Below, piece by piece: positions 39,442 through 49,054 of a DNA stretch of 64,000 bases (its first letter is position 1; each line of letters starts with the position of its first letter). The notes under the pieces were generated by a model, which saw only the letters and a program-made list of their open reading frames with translations, searched no databases and was not told where the DNA came from. Source of the stretch: Verrucomicrobiota bacterium (GTDB lineage: Bacteria; Verrucomicrobiota; Verrucomicrobiia; Limisphaerales; AAA164-E04). A program made the position numbers and the translations under genes. Location: positions 3,552,001-3,616,000 of the forward strand of contig CP170459.1 of the NCBI GenBank assembly GCA_047947115.1, written 5' to 3'.

Positions 39442-39808
39442 CTTTGCTTGAGATACTTTGGTTTTCAAAAAAATGAAACTCAAAAGCGGTTTTGACCCGA
39501 TTGCAGTCTGCGGATGTTCAAGTTGAGAAGGTCATCCAAACTTTCCCTCCCTCGAAGATATTCTTGAGCAAAAGAATGGGAACGTGGGTAGACAGAGCTT
39601 TGTCGAGTAACTGTGTTGTTTCCATTGCAGCGTGAAAAGGGATCCAAAGCTCTGAGGTTTGAAATGGCTGCAAGACGGCGCTTTCCCCTCCGAAAATGGA
39701 TTTATATTTATTGATCTCCGTCCAGAGGTGGGCAGAGAAATGCTTGCCGATTCGTATAAATCCGCGATGATGTCGCGAGTTCATGGATTTTCAAACATGT
39801 TGCCAGTT

Positions 39809-42466
39809 ATGAATACCATCAGGAATCAATTCTGCCCTTTCGTCTTCAGAATCACCCTTTGTTTTTTCTTTACCTGCTTTGCGGGTTTTTCTGCCGAAAT
39901 CCCAGCGGGGCCAAATCCCCAAATTCCGGATGATCCCGAAGCCATTGCTCCGGGGCCGTATCCTAATGACAGCGTGACAGCGGTTAGTTACATCATTGAC
40001 GCCTCACAGGTAACTCAACACAACAGCGCCGAGAGAGATGATATCATCTTTTCCATGGAAGGGCAGGGGCCCATCCCTTGGACATTGACCAGCTATGGCC
40101 GCGCCCAGGTGGCTCCCCGTATTGGAGCCCCAAGTGAGGAAGCCAGTAACAGTAATCTCGGTGTGATTCCCTTCGATATCATTGTGCAAGGGAGGCGATA
40201 TGAGTGGAATAATGATCTTTCTTTCTGGGCCCCGTCGGGAGCAGCTTGGAGACCGCATCCTTCCAAAGGGGTCATGTTGGGAACGATTCGTAAGAATGGC
40301 GAGGAATGGGATGATCAGGCATCTCATTTTTACGGAGTTTTGAGTGTGCCTGCAAGTGGTTCGGATGGAGAGGGCTACAGTATGGTGGACGGGGCTTTCG
40401 GGCCCGGGGATATGGATGTTGTCACGGACAAGGTTGGGATAGAATCCTTTGCGGCCATTGATTTCAGTCTGGCATGGTTCCCGTTTGATCAAGGGTGGAC
40501 AGGTGGTTTTATCTCCTCGCCCAGCCCCGATTTTCAGGAAGGAGAATGGCTGGCTCCGGGATATCATAGCAGTGATTTGCCGGATGACGCCGCAAGCTTG
40601 ATTCAGTGGACTCGTGCCTTTGCCACGTGGGCGGTCCCCGGAGCCCTCAAGTTGCCTGGAGTGAACTCCAAAACCGATGGCATGCTTTTCATGACCTCGG
40701 TCGCTCCTTCATCTGCCAGTGGAATGATCCTTTCGCCAGCCGCAAAGGACGATGGCTCTGGCTGGGATGTCTGGGGGCGATTCAACACCGAATCCGATCC
40801 TCTTTTCCAAGAGGAATCCAATCTTGATTTTTCCTTCCTCTTCGTGCCCTACAATACTGATCGATTGATCGGTGCCCATATACGTGGTACGGACGGCGCT
40901 GTCATCAACGGACGAGGCAACTTCATCATGAAACGTTTAGGGACCGGTCAATATGAACTGTCCATTCCAAACAAAACGGGCAAAAACGGTATGGTGATTC
41001 TTCAAGCCACCGGAAGGCATCGACAGAATGGTCGTGATACAGAGGCTGCGTCACGTGATTTTCTGTCCTATGAAGAGACCGAACCAGGCAAATTTGTCAT
41101 CGAATCGCGTTATTATCAGAACGACTCGAGTTTTCCTCTGGAAGACACTGAATTCTATTTTGCCTGGGTAGATTTTATCGCACCTTTGGCTCCTGCCGGC
41201 TCGACTCCATTACCCGATCCGCCAGTGATCAGTCAGCAGCCTGCCAATGTGGAAGCACAGCAGGGGGAATCCGCCACGTTCACAGTGAAGGCATCCGGAG
41301 AGGGGCCTTTCGAATACCAATGGCAATTGAATGAAACGGACATTCCCGATGCCAATACCGACACTTTCACCATCGCATCTGCTTCTACAACCGATAGCGG
41401 TACCTATCGAGTTTTGGTGAGCAATTTGGGTGGATTGACTACCAGCTCGACAGCTACCCTGACGGTGCACACGCCGCCCGTCATTACCCAGCAACCTTCC
41501 AACCGTTCCATCAAGGCGGGAGAGACCTTTTCCCTGAGCGTAGGAGTGCAGGGGACCGGCAATCTTCAATATCAATGGCAATTCAATCAGCAGAACCTTT
41601 CGGATCAGACGCGGCAAACGTTGACGATTTCTTCCGTTCAACTTTCCCATGCAGGGCAATACCGGGTGATTGTCACCTCTCCGGGAGGGCAGGTTTTCAG
41701 TGAGTCGGCAGTGGTGACAGTGGATGCCTCTGTCGCGGCTCAAGCCCCTCAGATCACCCGGCAACCACAAAGCCAGACCGTTGCGGTTGGCGCTGAAGTG
41801 CGCTTGTCGGTTCAGGCAACCGGGAGTGACCCTCTGAGTTACCGATGGCAGATCAGTAACTTCAACATACCTGGTGCATCCGGACCGGAGTTTGTCATTT
41901 CAGACGCTCAACCGGGTGATTCCGGTGAGTATAAAGTGGTGGTATCCAATGAAGCCGGTAGCGTGATCAGTCAGATTGCATTGGTGACTGTCACCCAGGC
42001 TCCAGTGATTACCCGCCAGCCTCAATCCGTGATCGCGCAGTCCGGTCAGGACATTGCTTTCACAGTGGAAGCCACTGGATTGGCTCCGTTGACATTTCAG
42101 TGGCGTTTCAGCGGGTTCAATATACCTGGAGCGCGAAGCGCACAATTTGCAATCAGCAATATACAACCTGCCGATTCAGGCAGTTACAGTGTGATCGTTT
42201 CCGATGCAAGCGGAGCTCAAACGATCAGTCAGGAAGCCATCCTGACAGTTTCTGAAGACCCGGTCGTGCAGCTTTCCATCGCATCTGCTTCACTTTCAGG
42301 CGGTGGTATCTTGATTGAGTGGGAAGGCGGAGAGGGTATCGTGCTTCAAGCAAAAGCAGCGTTGAGTGATAGTGTCTGGCGTGATGTCCCTGGTACCGAA
42401 GGGCAGAATCAGACCTTGCAGGCTTTGATTGGACAATCCGCTTTTTATCGTCTCATTCAACGGTGA
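39809..42466 (+). CDS. Exported protein: unknown N-terminal region, four Ig (I-set-like) repeats and a C-terminal FYRL-type domain
   Basis: Signal-like N-terminus; four P.I..QP...G....V...G..P..YQW...D.G.Y.V.V repeats at about 41215-42250; ends W....LQ....L...W..V...AFYRLIQR. Confidence 0.85.
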   Translation: MNTIRNQFCPFVFRITLCFFFTCFAGFSAEIPAGPNPQIPDDPEAIAPGPYPNDSVTAVSYIIDASQVTQHNSAERDDIIFSMEGQGPIPWTLTSYGRAQVAPRIGAPSEEASNSNLGVIPFDIIVQGRRYEWNNDLSFWAPSGAAWRPHPSKGVMLGTIRKNGEEWDDQASHFYGVLSVPASGSDGEGYSMVDGAFGPGDMDVVTDKVGIESFAAIDFSLAWFPFDQGWTGGFISSPSPDFQEGEWLAPGYHSSDLPDDAASLIQWTRAFATWAVPGALKLPGVNSKTDGMLFMTSVAPSSASGMILSPAAKDDGSGWDVWGRFNTESDPLFQEESNLDFSFLFVPYNTDRLIGAHIRGTDGAVINGRGNFIMKRLGTGQYELSIPNKTGKNGMVILQATGRHRQNGRDTEAASRDFLSYEETEPGKFVIESRYYQNDSSFPLEDTEFYFAWVDFIAPLAPAGSTPLPDPPVISQQPANVEAQQGESATFTVKASGEGPFEYQWQLNETDIPDANTDTFTIASASTTDSGTYRVLVSNLGGLTTSSTATLTVHTPPVITQQPSNRSIKAGETFSLSVGVQGTGNLQYQWQFNQQNLSDQTRQTLTISSVQLSHAGQYRVIVTSPGGQVFSESAVVTVDASVAAQAPQITRQPQSQTVAVGAEVRLSVQATGSDPLSYRWQISNFNIPGASGPEFVISDAQPGDSGEYKVVVSNEAGSVISQIALVTVTQAPVITRQPQSVIAQSGQDIAFTVEATGLAPLTFQWRFSGFNIPGARSAQFAISNIQPADSGSYSVIVSDASGAQTISQEAILTVSEDPVVQLSIASASLSGGGILIEWEGGEGIVLQAKAALSDSVWRDVPGTEGQNQTLQALIGQSAFYRLIQR

Positions 42467-42652
42467 ATCATTCCAGAGTGATGAGTGATGAGGGTGCTTC
42501 GGGTAAGTCGGAACCTTCTGTATTAGGGAAATGTTTCTATTGTGATTTGAGTATAAGATATTCTAATAATTTGAAAAATCATTTATTACATATTTGACGA
42601 AATATTATCAATTTGCTGGACTCTCCCTGATACAACCTGAACAAAATCCATT

Positions 42653-43504
42653 ATGAATAACCGTTTCATTTCAAAGTTTAAATCAAGCAAGGGGTTTACC
42701 TTGATTGAGTTGTTGGTCGTGATTGCGATCATCGCGATTCTGGCTGGCATGTTGCTGCCAGCACTGAGCAAGGCTAAAGACAAAGCTCAGAACACGCTTG
42801 ATTTCAACAATGTCAAGCAGATCATGTTGGCAACCCAGATGTACACGGGTGACAACGAAGAGTATATGCCGCATCCAAGTTGGGGTGGTAACGGTGGTGG
42901 TCCTGACAACTGGGCTTACGACACATCCATCATGCCGACCTACGCCAGCACCGCAACTGCGGCCACGCTGGAAGCGCAACTGGTCGGGCAGCGTGAGGCT
43001 TTCCTGAACGGTCAATTGGCCGATTATCTTGGTGGTGCTGAAAAAATCATGATCTGCCCCAAGGATGCTGTTGAATCCCGTGGCTCCAAAAAGGCCAAAT
43101 ATCTGGCCCGCCCGATCAAAGTGACCAGTTACACATGGAACGGATCGATCAGCGGATTGACTGCTCAATTGCCAAATGGAAGAACTTACAAGGTTACCGA
43201 TTTCCGCCCCACAAACATTCTTCAATGGGAAACGGACGAAAATGATCCTTTCTACTTCAATGACGCAGGTAACCAGCCTCATGAAGGTATCTCCCAGCGT
43301 CACGCTGGTGGTCGTTCCGACGATACAACCACCAACGTTGGCGGACGTTCAGCAGTTGGTAACATCATGGGAGCTGCCGAGAACCTGACCTTCCTCAAGT
43401 TTTATCAAATGGTAGGCCCTCGCAGCGGATCAAACATCCCCTTGGCCATCGAACCTCCCAATGATCTCTACTGTGTTCCGGGCAAGCCACAAGGTGGATT
43501 TTAA
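42653..43504 (+). CDS. Prepilin-type N-terminal cleavage/methylation domain protein (DUF1559-like)
   Basis: [44 protein letters not shown]. Confidence 0.93.
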   Translation: MNNRFISKFKSSKGFTLIELLVVIAIIAILAGMLLPALSKAKDKAQNTLDFNNVKQIMLATQMYTGDNEEYMPHPSWGGNGGGPDNWAYDTSIMPTYASTATAATLEAQLVGQREAFLNGQLADYLGGAEKIMICPKDAVESRGSKKAKYLARPIKVTSYTWNGSISGLTAQLPNGRTYKVTDFRPTNILQWETDENDPFYFNDAGNQPHEGISQRHAGGRSDDTTTNVGGRSAVGNIMGAAENLTFLKFYQMVGPRSGSNIPLAIEPPNDLYCVPGKPQGGF

Positions 43505-43545
43505 TCTTGGCATACACTCAAGGTTTTCAGTTTGATTCGAAGATA

Positions 43546-43971
43546 ATGTTTTACTCGCTTAAAAACCTGCTCGCGCTGCCTTTGGTGGTTTCAGCTCTTT
43601 GGTTGACCGGCTGTGGCGGTGATGACGAAGCCTCCGCTCCTGTGGCATCCGATGTGGATGTTTCCGTTGGGGAAGCTGAGACCCAAGAGAAGAAAACTTC
43701 CGTCAGGCGCACCTCCAGTGGAGGGGGCGGTACCGCCAGCAATCCTGCTGTCCAATCTGCCCTCAACAAAGTTGAAGACGCGTTGGATGCCGGTAACTAC
43801 ACACTGGCTGTTGACCTCGTGCTCAAGACCAAGATGGATCCGGCTGACCAGAATGTTGCCTATCGCATGGTGACGGATGAAATCACCGAAGCCATGGCTC
43901 GAGGCGATCAGAATGCTGTTAAAGCATACAACACCATGAACCAAGTCCGATTGATGCGGCGGGGACGGTAA
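43546..43971 (+). CDS. Hypothetical lipoprotein
   Basis: Lipobox LWLTGC, a low-complexity linker, then a helical C-domain; followed by a terminator. Confidence 0.8.
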   Translation: MFYSLKNLLALPLVVSALWLTGCGGDDEASAPVASDVDVSVGEAETQEKKTSVRRTSSGGGGTASNPAVQSALNKVEDALDAGNYTLAVDLVLKTKMDPADQNVAYRMVTDEITEAMARGDQNAVKAYNTMNQVRLMRRGR

Positions 43972-43989
43972 TTAACATTTTTTTTCACG

Positions 43990-44021
43990 GAGGGCAGTCG
44001 ATACCGACTGCCCTCTTTTTT
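43990..44021 (+). terminator. Rho-independent terminator
   Basis: Perfect 11-bp stem GAGGGCAGTCG-ATAC-CGACTGCCCTC followed by TTTTTT. Confidence 0.9.
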
Positions 44022-44074
44022 ATGTGACGGGCAGGGTTCGTTCGTTATACATTCATCAACATCCAATCCAATCC

Positions 44075-46048
44075 GTGAAAATTGATCAACAGCCTGATAA
44101 AAGCAGACAGAAAGGTCCCTGGATCATTTTGGTGACATTGCTTGCAGGAATACTTGTCTTTCAGTTCGACCGGAATACAGAAGATGTGCCCGATCAGGAG
44201 TCGGAGCTTCTTGACTGGAAACCCACAGAGATCGTTCAGGAACCCGGACCGCCCGCGCAGGCTGCCCTGAACCAGGCGGAAATGTTTCACAGTACGTTGC
44301 CGGTGAATCAGGGGCCTGATGGATATGTTGGAGGTGCTTCCTGCAGGGATTGCCATGAAACGGAGTTCGACAGTTGGCACGACACCTATCATCGTTCCAT
44401 GACCCAGGTGGTCAGTCCTGAAACGGTTGTAGCTGACTTTGATCAGGTGCGATTGGAACACAACGAAGAGGTTTTCAATCTCTTCAAACGCAACGACGAA
44501 TATTGGGTAAGGATAACGAGTCGACAACCGGTGGTGGTCGGAGATGGTCAGGGTTTGTATGAGCAGGGCGTTGAATTGAGGCTGAGCCTGGTGACCGGTT
44601 CTCATCACATGCAGGTGTTTTGGTTGCCTGCGTTTCATGGGAACATGCAGATTGGTTTTCCTTTTACCTGGCTGATCAAAGACCAGAAATGGGTTCCTCG
44701 TGAATCGGCCTTTATACGTGATCCCCACGCCGTATCACAACCGGAGATTTGGAACTTGTCCTGCATCCGTTGTCATGTCACTGCCGGAAATCCGGGGCAG
44801 GATCTGGAACATGACTTATTGATGTCCAGTTCGGCCGATCTCGGTATTTCATGCGAGGCCTGCCACGGTCCGGGAGAAGCCCATATTGCCTGGCACAAGG
44901 AATGGGAACGTTCCAAAACGCATGCAAGCGCCGCTCCAAAAGGGGAGGATCCGATCATTCATCCTGAACATCTGGATCACGAACGATCGACTCAACTTTG
45001 TGGGCAATGTCATGGCATGAAATGGTGGGATGAAAGGGAAAACTGGCGACAAACCGGATTCGACTATCGTCCCGGTGACGATCTCACTGAGACAACACCG
45101 ATCATTCAGCCCTCCAAGATGGCTGAACAGCCCTGGCTTCAGGAAATTGTGAATAAAAACCCCAGCATTCTGCGTGATTTTTTCTGGTCCGACGGGATGA
45201 TCCGTGTTTCCGGCCGTGAATACAACGGACTGCTTGAATCTGCGTGTCATGTGAACGGAAAAATGTCCTGTATTTCATGCCATTCGATGCATGACAGTGC
45301 TCCGAATGACATGCTTGCGAAGGGAATGGACGGTAATGAGGCCTGTATCCAATGCCATTCCGGGTTTGAAGAAAACCTCACAGCACACACATTTCATGCG
45401 GCCGATTCGGAAGGGAGCAAGTGTTATAACTGTCACATGCCGCACACGACCTATTCGCTTTTGACGGCGATTCGCAGTCATGAAATAGACAGTCCCAATG
45501 CCGCGGTCAGTCACCAAACAGGAAGACCGAGCGCTTGTAATCTGTGCCACACGGATCGCACTCTGAGTTGGACAGCGAAACATTTGCAAACAAGGTATGG
45601 CCACGAGGCTCCTGATTTGGGGGGGGCGGATCAGCAGGTGTCCTCCGTATTGCTGAATCTTCTAAAGGGAGATGCCGGGCAGAGAGCACTGGCAGCATGG
45701 CATCTCGGGTGGGATGCATCGGTTCAGATTGCCGGGAGCGAGTGGCAACCCCGATTTCTTGCCGAACTGCTGGATGACCCATATTCGGCGGTGAGATATG
45801 TGGCACATCAAGCTTTGCAACGATTTGCTGGTTACGAGCATTTTGACTATGATTTTGTGGCCAGGGCCGAATTCTTGGAACAGGCACAGGTCAAAGCCAT
45901 TCAAATTTGGGATCAGCAACAGCAGATCCGTCGCGAGCAGCACGTGGGGCCCGCATTACTGTTGGATTCTCAAGGCGCGGTGATGCAACAAACCTATGAC
46001 GAGCTGATTTCGGCCAGAGATGACGCTCCTATTCGTCTGCGAGAATAG
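44075..46048 (+). CDS. Membrane-anchored multiheme cytochrome c (8 CxxCH) with a C-terminal HEAT-like region
   Basis: CRDCH, CIRCH, CEACH, CGQCH, CISCH, CIQCH, CYNCH, CNLCH; N-terminal TM; LLDDPYSAVRY. Start is uncertain (GTG 44024 or 44075). Confidence 0.88.
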   Translation: MKIDQQPDKSRQKGPWIILVTLLAGILVFQFDRNTEDVPDQESELLDWKPTEIVQEPGPPAQAALNQAEMFHSTLPVNQGPDGYVGGASCRDCHETEFDSWHDTYHRSMTQVVSPETVVADFDQVRLEHNEEVFNLFKRNDEYWVRITSRQPVVVGDGQGLYEQGVELRLSLVTGSHHMQVFWLPAFHGNMQIGFPFTWLIKDQKWVPRESAFIRDPHAVSQPEIWNLSCIRCHVTAGNPGQDLEHDLLMSSSADLGISCEACHGPGEAHIAWHKEWERSKTHASAAPKGEDPIIHPEHLDHERSTQLCGQCHGMKWWDERENWRQTGFDYRPGDDLTETTPIIQPSKMAEQPWLQEIVNKNPSILRDFFWSDGMIRVSGREYNGLLESACHVNGKMSCISCHSMHDSAPNDMLAKGMDGNEACIQCHSGFEENLTAHTFHAADSEGSKCYNCHMPHTTYSLLTAIRSHEIDSPNAAVSHQTGRPSACNLCHTDRTLSWTAKHLQTRYGHEAPDLGGADQQVSSVLLNLLKGDAGQRALAAWHLGWDASVQIAGSEWQPRFLAELLDDPYSAVRYVAHQALQRFAGYEHFDYDFVARAEFLEQAQVKAIQIWDQQQQIRREQHVGPALLLDSQGAVMQQTYDELISARDDAPIRLRE

Positions 46049-46152
46049 AGAGGGAGGTTTCTCCAAATGCCTAAACTCATGGCTTTGTTTGGCCGATAAC
46101 CGGGTATGATGTGGGCCGGGGATGTATGTGGTCGGCATACAACAGCAGAACC

Positions 46153-47547
46153 ATGAGTGTCATCAAAACTGAATATTTCGATTCGACATTTGACCTGGAG
46201 AAAAGTTCAATTGATTCAGTGAAACAGCTTCTCCTACAGGGAGAGCTGCTAATGGCGGAGCAAATGGCCCGCCACTTGATCCGATTAGATTCGGACAATG
46301 CACAAGCGCTTGAATTGCTGGGACTGTGCATGCTTCAACAGGGTAACGCATCTTCTGCGACGCCCTTTTTGGAGGAAGCGCTGGAACTACAACCTTTCAA
46401 TCCGGATCTGGCCTACAACCTCGCCGGAGCGTATTACTCCACACAGGAGTGGGAGAAGGCCTGTGCCTCGTATCGCTACGTCATCAAATTCTCGCCCAAC
46501 TCCGGGGACGCCCTCAAAGGCCTGGGTGCTTCGCTTTATCGAATGGGTCGATTGGTTGAAGCGGAAGAAGTTTACTGGAAGGCCCTTTCGATCGATCCAA
46601 AACAGATTTTCATCTACCTCGAATTGGCCGACTTGCACGATGAACTCGGGCATCCCACCAGGTCGATTGAAATTCTGCAAAAGGGACTTCGGCATGCTCC
46701 TGCCGACCAGGATCTCCATCGAGCGTTGGGAGATCGATTCGTGAAGAAGGGAGATCGGCGCAATGCGGGGACTGCTTTTTATAATCTGGGAGTCTGTCTC
46801 CAGCGTCAAAAGCTCCTGTCGCAGGCTGTCGTCGAGTTCAAGAAAAGCCTGGAACTGAATCCATGTCATGCCAAGGCCCGTTATTCTTTGGCCATGTTAA
46901 CTGGCGAAAACCTTTCCTCACCTCCTCCCGAGTATGTGGTGGATCTGTTCAATGAATACGCTGGGCGCTTTGATAAACACCTCGATCAACTTTACTATAA
47001 AGTTCCTCAAAACCTCTTTGATTTGATCATGCGCTTGCATTCGAAACAGCCTCATTTCAAACGCGTGTTGGATCTGGGGTGTGGAACAGGAAAATGTGGT
47101 GTGCTTTTCAAATACTTCTCAGCGTCCATGACCGGGGTCGATATTGCTCCCAGAATGTTGGAGTTGGCCAGATTGAAGAATGTTTATGACGACCTTGTGG
47201 AAGCGGATGGGACAGCGTTTCTTGCCGAATCGAGGCAACGTTACGATCTGGTGATTGCCGCGGATGTTTTTATTTATGTGGGCAGATTGGACGAGCTGTT
47301 TCAAGTCCTCGGTCAGCGTATGGCTCAGGATGGATTGCTGGCTTTCTCAACCGAATCATGGGACGAATCGGGTTTTAGATTACGTTCTACAGGACGCTAT
47401 GCCCATTCGGACTGTTACATCGATGACCTGGCTAAATCCTGTGGATTTGTGCAGAAAAGTCACAGCAAAACCACTATCCGCATGCAAAGCCGCGAACCGA
47501 TACCAGGGTCGCTCTTCGTCTATTCCTTTGTGGGGAAACCGCATTAA
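46153..47547 (+). CDS. TPR-repeat class I SAM-dependent methyltransferase (COG4976-type)
   Basis: N-terminal TPRs, YVVDLFNEYAGRFD, VLDLGCGTG, AADVFIYVG, GRYAHS. Confidence 0.9.
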   Translation: MSVIKTEYFDSTFDLEKSSIDSVKQLLLQGELLMAEQMARHLIRLDSDNAQALELLGLCMLQQGNASSATPFLEEALELQPFNPDLAYNLAGAYYSTQEWEKACASYRYVIKFSPNSGDALKGLGASLYRMGRLVEAEEVYWKALSIDPKQIFIYLELADLHDELGHPTRSIEILQKGLRHAPADQDLHRALGDRFVKKGDRRNAGTAFYNLGVCLQRQKLLSQAVVEFKKSLELNPCHAKARYSLAMLTGENLSSPPPEYVVDLFNEYAGRFDKHLDQLYYKVPQNLFDLIMRLHSKQPHFKRVLDLGCGTGKCGVLFKYFSASMTGVDIAPRMLELARLKNVYDDLVEADGTAFLAESRQRYDLVIAADVFIYVGRLDELFQVLGQRMAQDGLLAFSTESWDESGFRLRSTGRYAHSDCYIDDLAKSCGFVQKSHSKTTIRMQSREPIPGSLFVYSFVGKPH

Positions 47548-47785
47548 GGTAACAGGTGGTGTCCATTCCAACATGCACCCACCAGAACCGTCGGATCATT
47601 GAAAATGACTTCTGGACTCGCTGGCACGCTGCCGATTTCCGAAAGGATTCGACTTTCTGCGCCCTTTTTTGCCCGATCGAACTTCCTCTGAATTTTCATT
47701 TCCTATTTCGTCATTGAAGGTTAGTGTCTCCCGGACCGGGTTTGGGAAGGATCCCCATCCCCTTAAAACACATCATTCATCGAAC

Positions 47786-49012
47786 ATGGAATCAGCAGCC
47801 AACGTGATTGAATCAATGGATTGGAATCAACCTGACGACAAGGGCCATTTCGGCCCTTATGGTGGAAGGTATGTTCCGGAAACACTCATGCACCCGTTGA
47901 TGGAACTGGAGCAGGAGTATTTCAGGGCGCAGACGGATCAGCAGTTTCAGGAAGAATTGAACTATTATCTGAAAGAATTCGTCGGGCGTCCTACGCCATT
48001 ATACTTTGCGGAGCGATTGACGAAGGCCCTTGGTGGCGCGAAGATTTACCTCAAACGCGAAGATTTGCTTCACACCGGCGCCCACAAGATCAACAATTCC
48101 ATGGGACAGATCCTGTTGGCCAAGCGCATGGGCAAAACGCGGATCATTGCTGAAACAGGCGCCGGGCAGCATGGTGTTGCAACCGCCACCGTCGCCGCCA
48201 TGTTCGGCATGGAATGTGTGATTTACATGGGCGAAGTGGACTGTGACCGTCAGGCTTTGAATGTTTTTCGCATGAGGATGCTTGGCGCCGAGGTGCGCCC
48301 CGTCAAGGCAGGACAACGCACCCTCAAGGAAGCCGTGAATGAAGCCATGCGCGATTGGGTTACGAATGTTCGCAACACCCATTACATTCTGGGTACCGCC
48401 TACGGTGCTCATCCTTACCCGGTGATGGTTCGGAATTTTCAGCGCATCATCGGAGACGAAGCTCGCGAACAGATTCTTCAAAAGGAATCCCGGCTGCCCG
48501 ATCTGTTGGTGGCATGCGTCGGTGGTGGAAGCAATTCGATAGGACTGTTCTATCCGTTTCTTCAAGACAAGGATGTCAAAATGCTGGGCGTTGAGGCAGG
48601 TGGGGAGGGAATACTTCCCGAGAAACATGCAGCGCGTTTCCAAGGTGGGTCTTTGGGTGTCTTACAGGGAACCCGTTCCTACATTCTTCAGGACGAACAC
48701 GGCCAGATCCAGCTCACCCATAGTGTGTCGGCCGGTCTTGATTACGCAGCGGTGGGCCCCGAACACGCCTGGTTGAAGGATCATGATCGGGTGGAGTATG
48801 GTTATGCTACGGATGAAAAGGCTTTGGAAGCTTTCATGAAGTTGGCTCGGTTGGAAGGCATCATTCCGGCCTTGGAGTCCAGTCATGCCCTGGCTGCCGT
48901 GATTGAACGTGCTCCGCAAATGTCCGCCGACAAAATGATCATTGCCAATCTGTCCGGGCGGGGAGACAAAGACGTGCAGCAAGTGGCTGATCGGCTGAAC
49001 ATGAATGCCTAA
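47786..49012 (+). CDS. trpB: Tryptophan synthase beta chain
   Basis: [26 protein letters not shown] (PLP Lys), [27 protein letters not shown]. Confidence 0.97.
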   Translation: MESAANVIESMDWNQPDDKGHFGPYGGRYVPETLMHPLMELEQEYFRAQTDQQFQEELNYYLKEFVGRPTPLYFAERLTKALGGAKIYLKREDLLHTGAHKINNSMGQILLAKRMGKTRIIAETGAGQHGVATATVAAMFGMECVIYMGEVDCDRQALNVFRMRMLGAEVRPVKAGQRTLKEAVNEAMRDWVTNVRNTHYILGTAYGAHPYPVMVRNFQRIIGDEAREQILQKESRLPDLLVACVGGGSNSIGLFYPFLQDKDVKMLGVEAGGEGILPEKHAARFQGGSLGVLQGTRSYILQDEHGQIQLTHSVSAGLDYAAVGPEHAWLKDHDRVEYGYATDEKALEAFMKLARLEGIIPALESSHALAAVIERAPQMSADKMIIANLSGRGDKDVQQVADRLNMNA

Positions 49013-49054
49013 GATCCTGTTCGAGCTTTCGCGGTGAATTAAAACTTTCATAAT

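Noticed and set aside
42530..42650. Fur box or operator in the AT-rich gap before the prepilin gene
   Set aside because: Only half-sites (ATTATCA; TAATAA...TTATTA), as expected by chance in AT-rich DNA.
47548..47785. Trp attenuator or T-box upstream of trpB
   Set aside because: The short ORF from about 47605 has no Trp codons, and I see no T-box motif or convincing terminator/antiterminator pair.
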